IMG/VR virus record: IMGVR_UViG_3300011559_000001 | Span: 160,001-224,000 of that record | Source: a virus | Lineage: Duplodnaviria > Caudoviricetes | Length of the DNA stretch: 64,000 nt | Reading direction: 5' to 3' (one strand) | Shown here: piece by piece, positions 29,656-38,304 of the stretch | How positions within the stretch are numbered: the stretch's first letter is position 1 | Layout: the number at the start of each line of letters is the position of its first letter | Position numbers and translations under genes: made by a program | The notes under the pieces: generated by a model | What the model was told of the DNA's origin: nothing | The model's input: only the letters and a program-made list of their open reading frames with translations | Database searches by the model: none

Positions 29656-30936
29656 ATGAACGAACTTTTCGCAGCCTACACTGAGCTGCTCAAAACCAAT
29701 CCTTTGGTCGCTTCAATCCTACCGCTCTACGTGGCTGGTGTGGCGACGTTCTTCTTTCGCAACGTCCCCATCAAGATCTGGACGACTATCAAGAACCAGT
29801 CGACCACCACACTGAACATGCTTTCCACGGGTGCTGGTTCGGCTGACATGCAGTACTTCAGTTTTCTGGAATGGTTCGTCAAGCGCGGCTTCATGCGCTG
29901 GTCCCGTTCACTGGCCGTTGAGTCGGCCTACAGCAAGGACGCCGATGGTAAGGTGTTGCCGGGTAACGGTATCCACTACTTCATCTGGAAAGGTCGGCTG
30001 TGTTGGTTACAGAAGTCGCGTGTGGAACAAGGCGGTACGCAATGGCAGATCACCCATTCGATCACAGTGGGTATGATTGGTCGTAATCAGCAGTTGCTGC
30101 AGGATATGGTCGACGAGTTCCGCTGGAAGCCCAGTAAGGAACGCGGCCATCTGTTCACTGCCGATCTGGCCGCTGCCAGCTGGTCGACACAGCACAAGAT
30201 CTCCCCGCGTCGACTGGAGACCATCGTGCTCAATGCGGGCATCATGGAGGGCCTGGTTGACCGCATCCAGTGGTTCCTCGACAACCGTGACTGGTATGAA
30301 ACCCGCGGCCTGCCTTACCGCTTGGTCATCTTGCTGGAAGGTCCGCCGGGTACGGGTAAGACCAGTCTGCTGCGCGCACTGACCACGCACTTCAAGCGTA
30401 ACCTGTGTCCGCTGAATCTGGCCACGGCCAGTGAAGAGAAGCTTCCGTATCTGCTGCGTAATGCGCCGGCGGAGTCGTTCATCATCATGGAAGACTTCGA
30501 TGCCTGCCCGGCCGTACTCAAGGCCGAAGCGCAGACCAAGGCCGACAACCCCGCTGCACAGATGGCGGAGATCTTCGGTCGCTCGGGCAAGTCGGCGCTG
30601 CTGCAAGCGCTGGACGGGGTGGACGTGTTGGATGGTCAGGTGATCTTCCTGACGACCAACTACATCGAACGCATCGAGCCGGCGGTGATCCGCGATGAGC
30701 GCGTCAACGAACAGGTCCATCTGGGTCTGCTCAACGACGAAGCCATCCACCGTTATATCGGACGAGTATTCCCCGAACACACTGGCGAGCCGCCGGTGGT
30801 CTACGCGCCTATCGCAGGTGCGACGTTGCAAAAGTTGTACGTGCGTAATCACGAATCCTACCGGGACTTCATCACTGCCATCCCGGTGGCCAATCCCGAC
30901 GCATTGTCGGTCAATCAGGAAGAGGAGGTTGTGTAA
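29656..30936 (+). CDS. BCS1-like AAA+ ATPase with N-terminal TM segment
   Basis: GPPGTGKTS, IIMEDFD, LLQALDGV, FLTTNY; WYETRGLPYR precedes Walker A as in BCS1. Confidence 0.85.
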   Translation: MNELFAAYTELLKTNPLVASILPLYVAGVATFFFRNVPIKIWTTIKNQSTTTLNMLSTGAGSADMQYFSFLEWFVKRGFMRWSRSLAVESAYSKDADGKVLPGNGIHYFIWKGRLCWLQKSRVEQGGTQWQITHSITVGMIGRNQQLLQDMVDEFRWKPSKERGHLFTADLAAASWSTQHKISPRRLETIVLNAGIMEGLVDRIQWFLDNRDWYETRGLPYRLVILLEGPPGTGKTSLLRALTTHFKRNLCPLNLATASEEKLPYLLRNAPAESFIIMEDFDACPAVLKAEAQTKADNPAAQMAEIFGRSGKSALLQALDGVDVLDGQVIFLTTNYIERIEPAVIRDERVNEQVHLGLLNDEAIHRYIGRVFPEHTGEPPVVYAPIAGATLQKLYVRNHESYRDFITAIPVANPDALSVNQEEEVV

Positions 30937-31394
30937 TGGGTCATGTCACCCGTCATGAAGTTGGCGAGTTGATCAAGCGTTTCGAAGACCGCGTCATGCC
31001 CAAGAGCATGTCGCTGGGGATGCCCGGTCTGCTGTATCAGGGTATCAACGCGGTCAAGTTCGAGCTGAGCAAAACGACCGGGGCGCCGGAGCTCCAGTTG
31101 CGCAACTACGCACGGGTGCTGAAGCATTACATCGAAGCGCCGGTGGATCCGAAGAACATCTACTACGCCAACACCGCGATCCATCTGGTGGGCGAGAACA
31201 AGATGGATGCAACGGCCGCCATCAAGAAGGCTCGCAAGACCTATGAAGCGATGATGGACCCCAAGCGTATCCAGAAGGATGCGAAGAAGGCCATGCAGCG
31301 CATCCAGGCCGAAGAACAGCGGCAGGCCGAACAGCTCGCTACGCAGCAGCGTGGTGTGGCCGCTGAGCAGTCCGCTCAGCAGTCGGCCGGTTAA
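30936..31394 (+). CDS. hypothetical protein
   Basis: TAATG coupling, GAGGAGG RBS. Confidence 0.75.
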   Translation: MGHVTRHEVGELIKRFEDRVMPKSMSLGMPGLLYQGINAVKFELSKTTGAPELQLRNYARVLKHYIEAPVDPKNIYYANTAIHLVGENKMDATAAIKKARKTYEAMMDPKRIQKDAKKAMQRIQAEEQRQAEQLATQQRGVAAEQSAQQSAG

Positions 31395-31450
31395 ACCACA
31401 GCATAGGCGGGAGGGCAACCTCCCGCTTTATGCCCTACACAGAGGAAACA

Positions 31451-32374
31451 ATGAGCGCAACGAACGATACGGGCAACGTCGTCCACTTCAACTCCAAGCT
31501 CATCGGCAATAGCGCGCAGGAGATGGTGAATTATCTCAAGGCCGTCGGTGCGCCGATTGCACTGCAGAAGATTCTGTTGGGGGCCTCCAAAGACCACTTC
31601 ACCCTGTTCAACGCCAACGGCAAGCTTTCGTTCAACTTGAACGCGCGTGTCACCCGCGGTATCTTCGAAATGCGTCTTTCGACCGACGATCCTGAAAATG
31701 AAGGGTCGGTCATTCCGTTGGTGTTCGTCTCCAGCAGTATGATGCACATGGGCCATTACGCCGCTGTGTCCGGTCTGACGCCGGTAGAAATTCCCGACTG
31801 GGACAGTACGTCGAAATTCTTCAGTGGGGAACTTCACGGCATCACCGATGCGGTCGGGTCGGTGACTGATACGCCAGGGCTTAACGAAGCCTTTGCCTTC
31901 GGCCTGAATATCTTGGGCGACTTGGTACGGTACACATCTCAGGTCTACGTCACCGTCGAGGAATCGAAGGACAACACCGGCAGTCGTCACTACATGTCCA
32001 TGGTCCCCATTGAGGATGAAGACGAGTGCGAGTTCATTTCTGTGACCTTTACGGAAATGGGCATTAAGCTCAACAAGGAGCACAACCTCAAAGCGGCCAA
32101 GGCAGTGATGCCTTCCTTTGCTCCGATGTGGACCAATGACGAGGACGGCACGATCAAGGCTACCTTGACCATGCACAAGGAATCCTCACCCCTGTTCAAA
32201 GGGCAGAAGCCGCATGTGTGGGAAGAGATCATCGGTACGGACCGCAAGGCCATGGAGGCCCACATCCGTAAGTCCATGAAGTGGTTGGCCCACTACGGGA
32301 TCTACTACAACACCGAAGGGTGGGAATACAACGTCAAGTGGGGCACCCACAAGCCCAAGAAAAAGAAGGAATAA
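31451..32374 (+). CDS. hypothetical protein
   Basis: GAGG RBS; ~307 aa. Confidence 0.75.
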   Translation: MSATNDTGNVVHFNSKLIGNSAQEMVNYLKAVGAPIALQKILLGASKDHFTLFNANGKLSFNLNARVTRGIFEMRLSTDDPENEGSVIPLVFVSSSMMHMGHYAAVSGLTPVEIPDWDSTSKFFSGELHGITDAVGSVTDTPGLNEAFAFGLNILGDLVRYTSQVYVTVEESKDNTGSRHYMSMVPIEDEDECEFISVTFTEMGIKLNKEHNLKAAKAVMPSFAPMWTNDEDGTIKATLTMHKESSPLFKGQKPHVWEEIIGTDRKAMEAHIRKSMKWLAHYGIYYNTEGWEYNVKWGTHKPKKKKE

Positions 32375-32528
32375 ACGGGTTTCGAACCCGTACTATCCCC
32401 TTGCACGGCTTCCATCAAAAGCTGTTGCGAGCTCGCAACACCCCTGTATTTTGTTATTGACCCGTCTGTAGCATGTGCAGGACGCTTACAATCCTTTCCA
32501 AAGACCAATCGAACAAGAGGTACACCGC

Positions 32529-33047
32529 ATGACCACCGCAACCAAGTCCGCCCCGAAGGCCGCCGCCAGCGATGCCATCGACTACAAGATCACCGAAGCT
32601 GTCGACACCCTGGGCGGCATCTACGGCGGCAGCATGAAGGTCGAGTCCGTCGCCAAGGGCGTCAAGGAAGCCCAGATCGTCATCGACGGCGACATCGTCC
32701 ACGACAACCTGCCGCCGGGCCACACCGCTGCCTCGATCAAGGAACACCAGAAGCTGCGCGGCCAGGTCGTCGCCGCCCTGGCTACCGCCGCCGGCGCTGT
32801 GGCTCTGCCGGCCCTGGCCAAGAACAAGGAACTGGACCGCGTCACCATGAGCACCAAGTTCGGCAACGACAAGATCGAGCTGGCCGTCGAGCGCAACCGC
32901 GAATTCGGCGACGGCAACGGCGGCAAGGTGCAGAAGTTCGGCCACGTCAACCTGGGCTACACCGTCTCCGGCGCCACCAATGCCGGCGACTTCAAGAAGG
33001 TGCGCGCGCGCATCGGCGACGAAGCCAAGGCCCTGTTCGGCGGCTGA
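32529..33047 (+). CDS. hypothetical protein, probably highly expressed
   Basis: Strong C/G-ending codon bias, GAGG RBS, own leader and terminator. Confidence 0.8.
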   Translation: MTTATKSAPKAAASDAIDYKITEAVDTLGGIYGGSMKVESVAKGVKEAQIVIDGDIVHDNLPPGHTAASIKEHQKLRGQVVAALATAAGAVALPALAKNKELDRVTMSTKFGNDKIELAVERNREFGDGNGGKVQKFGHVNLGYTVSGATNAGDFKKVRARIGDEAKALFGG

Positions 33048-33147
33048 TCCTGGCCGGCGCGTTTACGCGTCGACATGCGGCGGGGTCCTTCGGGGCCCCG
33101 CTGCGCTATGCAGTCCACATCTTTTTTAGCGGTAGAAGGAAGTAGTA

Positions 33148-33324
33148 GTGCAACCTAACAAGGATTCAGTGAGCGTATCGGAGATGGTCCGCACGTTGCG
33201 AGCACGCAACTACGCGATAGATGCCATTGCCCAAGCGACAGGTTTGCCTGTCAAACACGTCAAGCAGATCATCTCCGATGAGACTCCCTCGATTTTCCCT
33301 GAGCGGTTCAAGAAGCCCAGTTAA
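33148..33324 (+). CDS. 58-aa mini-HTH protein (Rpn C-terminal/RpnS-like), absent from the ORF track
   Basis: AAGGA RBS + GTG; EMVRTLRARNYAIDAIAQATGLPVKHVKQI; stop overlaps the next RBS. Confidence 0.6.
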   Translation: MQPNKDSVSVSEMVRTLRARNYAIDAIAQATGLPVKHVKQIISDETPSIFPERFKKPS

Positions 33325-33334
33325 GGAGTAAGCC

Positions 33335-33814
33335 GTGCCCAAAGTCTTTACCATGCAGGTCGGTAAGTGGCGTCTGGCCAAAGACCGCGACATCAAGATC
33401 ATGGACACCACGGTCAAGTCCGGGTATTCGATCTTCGCTCCGACGTGGGACATGGTCCTTGGGCATAAGAACGGCTCGATGGATGATGACACCTACAGTC
33501 GGCTTTACCGGGACATGCTGGTTCGGTCCTGGACGGAGAACCGCCAGAAATGGATGGACTTCCTCCAGTCTGATGACCAGTTTGCACTGGCGTGCTACTG
33601 CAAGGCCGGTGTGTTCTGCCACCGTCATTTGCTAATCAAGTTCCTGAGCCAACTGTGTAAGCAGCTGGGCATCCATTTTGAGTACTATGGCGAGCTTACC
33701 GATGAACCTCTCCCTGAGCATCCCCACCCTGTTTCGCAACATCCGATCCAAGACACCGGTGGCAGTCCCGCCGGCCGAACCGATCAGCCAGCCCCCGCTG
33801 GTGGCGATGGTTGA
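33335..33814 (+). CDS. DUF488-like protein
   Basis: FAPTWDMV...Y...ALACYCKAGVFCHRHLL motif. Confidence 0.7.
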   Translation: MPKVFTMQVGKWRLAKDRDIKIMDTTVKSGYSIFAPTWDMVLGHKNGSMDDDTYSRLYRDMLVRSWTENRQKWMDFLQSDDQFALACYCKAGVFCHRHLLIKFLSQLCKQLGIHFEYYGELTDEPLPEHPHPVSQHPIQDTGGSPAGRTDQPAPAGGDG

Positions 33815-34202
33815 GATCACTGACAATCGCTTGGTGATCTTGGCGCTGTTGGAAGAAGTGGCTGACATTCTCCAGCTGAACCTGTACAACACCCAGACCC
33901 ATCGCGACTACCGGCTGGTGCTCGAACCAGCCACGCAGCTGCAGAAGATCTTCAACGCACCCTTCGTTACCGAAGGCGGTGATGAGGTCTACCTTGATCG
34001 TATCGTGAGTCCGTGGATACATTACGAACTCCTCGATCAGGAGCAGATGTGGATGTGGATTAGTGCCGACCGCTTGCCGGCGGATTTCCGTACTGACTTG
34101 GTTCGCCACCTGTGCCATCGTGATGAGCTCCAAGAGCACATCGCTGGGCTGAGTCAGACCCGTTACGAACGTCTTCGCACCTGGACCAATACTCATGTCT
34201 GA
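33702..34202 (+). CDS. hypothetical protein
   Basis: ORF overlapping the upstream gene's tail. Confidence 0.6.
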   Translation: MNLSLSIPTLFRNIRSKTPVAVPPAEPISQPPLVAMVEITDNRLVILALLEEVADILQLNLYNTQTHRDYRLVLEPATQLQKIFNAPFVTEGGDEVYLDRIVSPWIHYELLDQEQMWMWISADRLPADFRTDLVRHLCHRDELQEHIAGLSQTRYERLRTWTNTHV

Positions 34203-34929
34203 TATGCCCCATGAAGAACCGATCGGCCTGATCGCGGTTGACCCCAAGCAGGCCATACGCGATGAAGTGGATGCCTACGAGGAACTGTCCGCTGCAGCGG
34301 CCAACCCCAGTGGTGAACTGACGGTCGTGCAGGCTCAGTTGGTTTATCAGATGCTGATGGCAGGTCTGGTCAGCCGGCTGTTCCTGTACCTGTACGGGGA
34401 GCTGGACCGGATCCGTGTTGAGATGGTCTGTGAGGCCATTGAAGCGCATCGGCTGGAGAACCGCGACAACGTGTACACCGACATCGTCGAACGCGGTGTA
34501 GGGCCGCTCAGGGCCGTCTACGAGCATCTGATCGCTGAAGGCCTGATCGAGCGCGAAGCGCTGGGTGCTGAAGCCAACGCCCATCTGGATCTGCAGGACA
34601 AGATCCAGAGTCGCATCGTCAAAGAGCCCTCGTCCTACAAGGACATGGAAGACGTGCCGGCTCCGCCGACCTACTCGGTGCCCGCCGCGGTCAACATGGT
34701 ACACGTCGGTCCGGTACCAGTACCCACCCCGCTCGGACCGTGTGATCCCAGCAAGGTCACCTTCTGGGGTGGTAAGGTGGAGGCTGCTCCTGACAGCGCG
34801 CTGGTTGAAATCTCCAACGAGCGTGCTCGGCAGATGTGGGACAAGATGGACCTCAACGGCAACATCCCGCCGGGTGCGGCGTCTCGCTACACCCTATTGT
34901 ATAAACCCCCATCTGAGCTCGGTGAGTGA
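34195..34929 (+). CDS. hypothetical protein
   Basis: 244-aa ORF in operon. Confidence 0.7.
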   Translation: MSDMPHEEPIGLIAVDPKQAIRDEVDAYEELSAAAANPSGELTVVQAQLVYQMLMAGLVSRLFLYLYGELDRIRVEMVCEAIEAHRLENRDNVYTDIVERGVGPLRAVYEHLIAEGLIEREALGAEANAHLDLQDKIQSRIVKEPSSYKDMEDVPAPPTYSVPAAVNMVHVGPVPVPTPLGPCDPSKVTFWGGKVEAAPDSALVEISNERARQMWDKMDLNGNIPPGAASRYTLLYKPPSELGE

Positions 34930-34930
34930 G

Positions 34931-35575
34931 ATGACCGCAGTGTGCTACGACGGTGATACGATTGCAGCCGACCGGCTGTCGCGCATCACCACCAAGGACG
35001 GCACCAAGGTAGTGAAGTCGATGGAGCAGGAGAAGATCTCCATCGACTACAAGACGACCATGTTCGATGGCGAGCATGTGTGTGCGGTAGGACGCGCCGG
35101 GCACCTGAAGGTGTCGCTGGAGTTGTTGCGCCTGCTGCGTGATTCGAAGGACCTGTATACCGAGCTGGATTCGATCCCGGCTCGGCTCAAGTCGGTGTTG
35201 GATGATGAAGTGGCGCGCAGCGCTGCTTTGTTGGTCATGACCCAGCACCACGTCTACCGCATGCGTGTGGACAAGCACGGCAAGTGCCGTTGCGAAAAGT
35301 TTGACCGTTCAAAAAAGTTGGCTATCGGGTCGGGATGCGCAACCGCAGTGTTTCTGATGGAACACGCCGGCCTGAACGCAGTGGACGCAGTCGCCGCCAT
35401 GGAACTGGCGCATGACTGTTGTGGGGGTGGTGTCACGTACACCACACGTCTGGTTGCCAACTTCCCCGAACCATTGCGTATCCGGGAACACACTGATAAG
35501 AAGACGGTCACTCAGCGCATGCTTACTGCGCTGTTGAAGGCCAGCGCTGTCCGCCTCTCTACTCAATGTGCATAA
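34931..35575 (+). CDS. Ntn-hydrolase peptidase, HslV/proteasome-beta-like
   Basis: Start at 34931 gives M-T1-AVCYDGDTIAAD; EKI; AIGSG; D..CGGGV. Confidence 0.8.
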   Translation: MTAVCYDGDTIAADRLSRITTKDGTKVVKSMEQEKISIDYKTTMFDGEHVCAVGRAGHLKVSLELLRLLRDSKDLYTELDSIPARLKSVLDDEVARSAALLVMTQHHVYRMRVDKHGKCRCEKFDRSKKLAIGSGCATAVFLMEHAGLNAVDAVAAMELAHDCCGGGVTYTTRLVANFPEPLRIREHTDKKTVTQRMLTALLKASAVRLSTQCA

Positions 35576-35620
35576 GACACCCCGGCTTCGGCCGGGGCTT
35601 TATGCCATCGCGAGGACCCA

Positions 35621-36076
35621 ATGAAAGTCGAAGAACAAATCGCCCAGCTGCTGCCGCATTGCGCTAGCATCCCTAAGAAAAGCTACAAGCACAAGAACAT
35701 CCTCTGTCGTTGCATTTACGGCATGTCGTATGCGGCGGCCCTGTCGGCAGAGTCGGAGGGACGCCAGTTGATTCCGGAAATGAGCGCTGCACGCACTAAG
35801 GAACTGGCGGCGATTCACGGTAAATGGATCCATGAACTGGTCGAGACCACCACTCAGTTCCTCACTCACAATGTGGTCGAACCGGGGGCATGCATCAAAC
35901 TGGGCGATTACCTGTTAGTGGCCAACGAAAAGGTCTTTCTGGCACATGTGCTGAGGACCTACCGAGCCCAGAACTCTTTGGCAAGTCCCAACGCTGTTGC
36001 ACACTTCTTGTTGCAGAAGAAGATGGTCACCTCCGTGACTGAGCATCCGGACGTCAGCTACGCCTACACTTGGTAA
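35621..36076 (+). CDS. hypothetical protein
   Basis: GAGG RBS. Confidence 0.7.
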   Translation: MKVEEQIAQLLPHCASIPKKSYKHKNILCRCIYGMSYAAALSAESEGRQLIPEMSAARTKELAAIHGKWIHELVETTTQFLTHNVVEPGACIKLGDYLLVANEKVFLAHVLRTYRAQNSLASPNAVAHFLLQKKMVTSVTEHPDVSYAYTW

Positions 36077-36087
36077 GGGATTAGAAA

Positions 36088-36603
36088 ATGCAACTGAACA
36101 TCAACGACTCGTTCTTCGACGGTGCTTCTGATACCGTCCTGCAGGACATGCGCACGATGATCGATCGTGTGCTACTCGCACGAGGTAAAAGCGAGACGCC
36201 GAAGTTGGCCACTCCCTCGTACATGGAGCTGATTGACCTGGGCTCCTCCCAGCTCACTGACTTGATCGACAATGCGATCGAAGCTCGTCGTCACTGCGAC
36301 ATGCTGGCAGAGGTGCAGGTACTGGCACTTTGGCGGGTTGGCCCGCCTCAGAACCTGCCGGTCTTTACCGAAGACACCGAAGGCTGGCTGCTGCACTTCA
36401 CCGTCGAGAGCAAGATGGAGAAGTTCGAAATGCGTGCACTGGCCAGCGGACTGTGGGGGTCGGGTCTGCAACTGACCGAACAGATCACCGATGCGTTCGA
36501 GGCAACGAAAGAGTTCCTGACCAAGGAACACTTCCCCGACACCGACGCCCAGTACGTGTTGGAATGCGTCACCGATCTGACCGGTGCAGTTGTCGCCTGC
36601 TGA
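36088..36603 (+). CDS. hypothetical protein
   Basis: 171-aa ORF in operon. Confidence 0.7.
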   Translation: MQLNINDSFFDGASDTVLQDMRTMIDRVLLARGKSETPKLATPSYMELIDLGSSQLTDLIDNAIEARRHCDMLAEVQVLALWRVGPPQNLPVFTEDTEGWLLHFTVESKMEKFEMRALASGLWGSGLQLTEQITDAFEATKEFLTKEHFPDTDAQYVLECVTDLTGAVVAC

Positions 36604-36612
36604 GGAGTTCCC

Positions 36613-36921
36613 ATGTCCCGACGTAATCTTGAGATCATCTCGATCTCCAACAGCGAGACGCTGCCGTTCATCGCACCTGGCTATTGCTTGGCCACGTGCT
36701 ACATCCGGCCGCAGACGTTTGCGGCCGTCACCTTCAAGATGGCTGAGACCGAGCGCGATCCCCACACGTTGATCCCCGAGTTGCTTGAGCAGTTCATCCA
36801 TCTGATGACGCTGGACGATCAGCGGGCACGTGGAATCTTCGACATCCACCCGGATGCGCCGTTGTTCATTACTGACGTGCGTGTCCTGCAGATCATCGAA
36901 GGGACTCCCCGTGCCTTCTGA
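36613..36921 (+). CDS. hypothetical protein
   Basis: GAGGAG RBS. Confidence 0.7.
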   Translation: MSRRNLEIISISNSETLPFIAPGYCLATCYIRPQTFAAVTFKMAETERDPHTLIPELLEQFIHLMTLDDQRARGIFDIHPDAPLFITDVRVLQIIEGTPRAF

Positions 36922-36937
36922 GGGGACTGACAAGTAC

Positions 36938-37120
36938 GTGGACATCGATCAGGCCTGTCGTGATGTGGCAGGCTTGAACTTTGGTACCCACTACAACGTC
37001 TTTGCAGATGCACCGGTTAAGCAATACGATCCCAACAAGCCCCCGCGTCCTTCGACCCAGTACACGATCCTTGATGGACTGGGGTGGGTGTTTGGTGCTG
37101 CGTTGGGTGCACGGCGGTAA
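36938..37120 (+). CDS. small protein with C-terminal hydrophobic segment
   Basis: GTG start after GAGGGG; ...LDGLGWVFGAALGARR; followed by terminator. Confidence 0.45.
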   Translation: MDIDQACRDVAGLNFGTHYNVFADAPVKQYDPNKPPRPSTQYTILDGLGWVFGAALGARR

Positions 37121-37362
37121 TAAAGAGCCCTCCACCCTTCGGGGTGGAGGGCATATGCTGTCTTTTCTTTTTTGTCCTCGGCAGCATAAAACCCCGCCAC
37201 CTTTCTTAAGGGTGGCGGGGCACAACAGTCCAAGGGGTAGCGAATCCCTTGATCGGGCTGGTCGAAGAGGGAGAGAGATACCCTGCGACCGGTCAGATGC
37301 TCTTGAGACAAATGTCTCTACATACCATACAGCATAAAGCGGGAGGTTTCCCTCCCGCTTTA
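37121..37362. terminator. cluster of three GCATA/TATGC hairpins between convergent operons, enclosing a structured spacer
   Basis: Hairpins at about 37127-37152, 37192-37220 and 37335-37362. Confidence 0.7.
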
Positions 37363-37386
37363 GACTATTGACTTCACCAGGCCGAA

Positions 37387-38262
37387 TTAACGGGCCATGG
37401 TGTTGCCGCTGGTGGCGACCTTGGCCAGCTGTTCCGCATAACCGTTGTCGGTGTTGCGGACGTACGGGTCGATCTCGTTCACGAACGCGTTCTGGAAGTT
37501 CGGGTTCATGCCGTTGAGCGACATCGCAGTCAGGCGGGCCTGGGCGAACTCGGTCACGCGGGTACCGACCTGGGTCAGCGCGGTGAACTCGACGTTGTAG
37601 TCGAGCGACTCGCCGCCCTGGGTCAGATCGCGACGGCCGGTGTTCTCGGCCACCTGGTTGTTCGGACGCATGTTGGTGCACAGCCAGGCCTTGCTCACCT
37701 TGGTGAAGGTCGGGTCGGGCTCGAAGAACAGCATGGTCGCGCCGTTGTAGTCCGGCAGCAGGTCCGACGGACGCTTGCCCGTGGCAATGATGCCCGGTGC
37801 CTTGGTCGTCGGATCCATGATCAGCATCTGCACCCAGCCTTCAAGGAAGGCGCGGACCGGCATGCCGTACTTTTCGTTCCACACGAAGGTGGGGGTCGAA
37901 CGTGCACGGGTGACGTTGCTGACGTCCTGCTGCATTTCACCTGCGCCGCCGACAGCGTTCTCGACGTGTTCGACGGTCAGGGTGGACTGCAGGCCTTCGA
38001 TCGACTTGGGATGCAGCTCGACCAACGACTTCAGGGTCTGCTCCCAGATCTCCGGGTTGTCCAGGTCACGGAAGCCGCGCGGCGCGGCAACCAGCTGGCA
38101 GATGATGTTCCGGCGGACGTAGGACGAGTTGGCCGCGTAACCGACGAAGTCGGTCATCGGACCTTGCTGACCACCGACCTGCAGGTTCACCATCGGGGCC
38201 TGGGAGCCCTGCCCGTAGGCACGGTTACCCAGGATGGTGTTTTGCATGCGAGAGTTGCTCAT
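37387..38262 (-). CDS. tail tube protein (phiKZ gp30-like)
   Basis: Follows sheath; YVRRNII, LKSLVELHP, EKYG, FFEPDPT...AWLCTNMRP. Confidence 0.85.
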   Translation of the reverse strand: MSNSRMQNTILGNRAYGQGSQAPMVNLQVGGQQGPMTDFVGYAANSSYVRRNIICQLVAAPRGFRDLDNPEIWEQTLKSLVELHPKSIEGLQSTLTVEHVENAVGGAGEMQQDVSNVTRARSTPTFVWNEKYGMPVRAFLEGWVQMLIMDPTTKAPGIIATGKRPSDLLPDYNGATMLFFEPDPTFTKVSKAWLCTNMRPNNQVAENTGRRDLTQGGESLDYNVEFTALTQVGTRVTEFAQARLTAMSLNGMNPNFQNAFVNEIDPYVRNTDNGYAEQLAKVATSGNTMAR

Positions 38263-38304
38263 TTCAGGGTTTCCTCAGAAACAGTGTTCAGCGAAGGAGC
38301 TGGC

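Noticed and set aside
29352-32396. Shared ACCCGTACTAT (29352, 32386) as a promoter motif
   Set aside because: Only two copies, and one is the 3' arm of a terminator hairpin.
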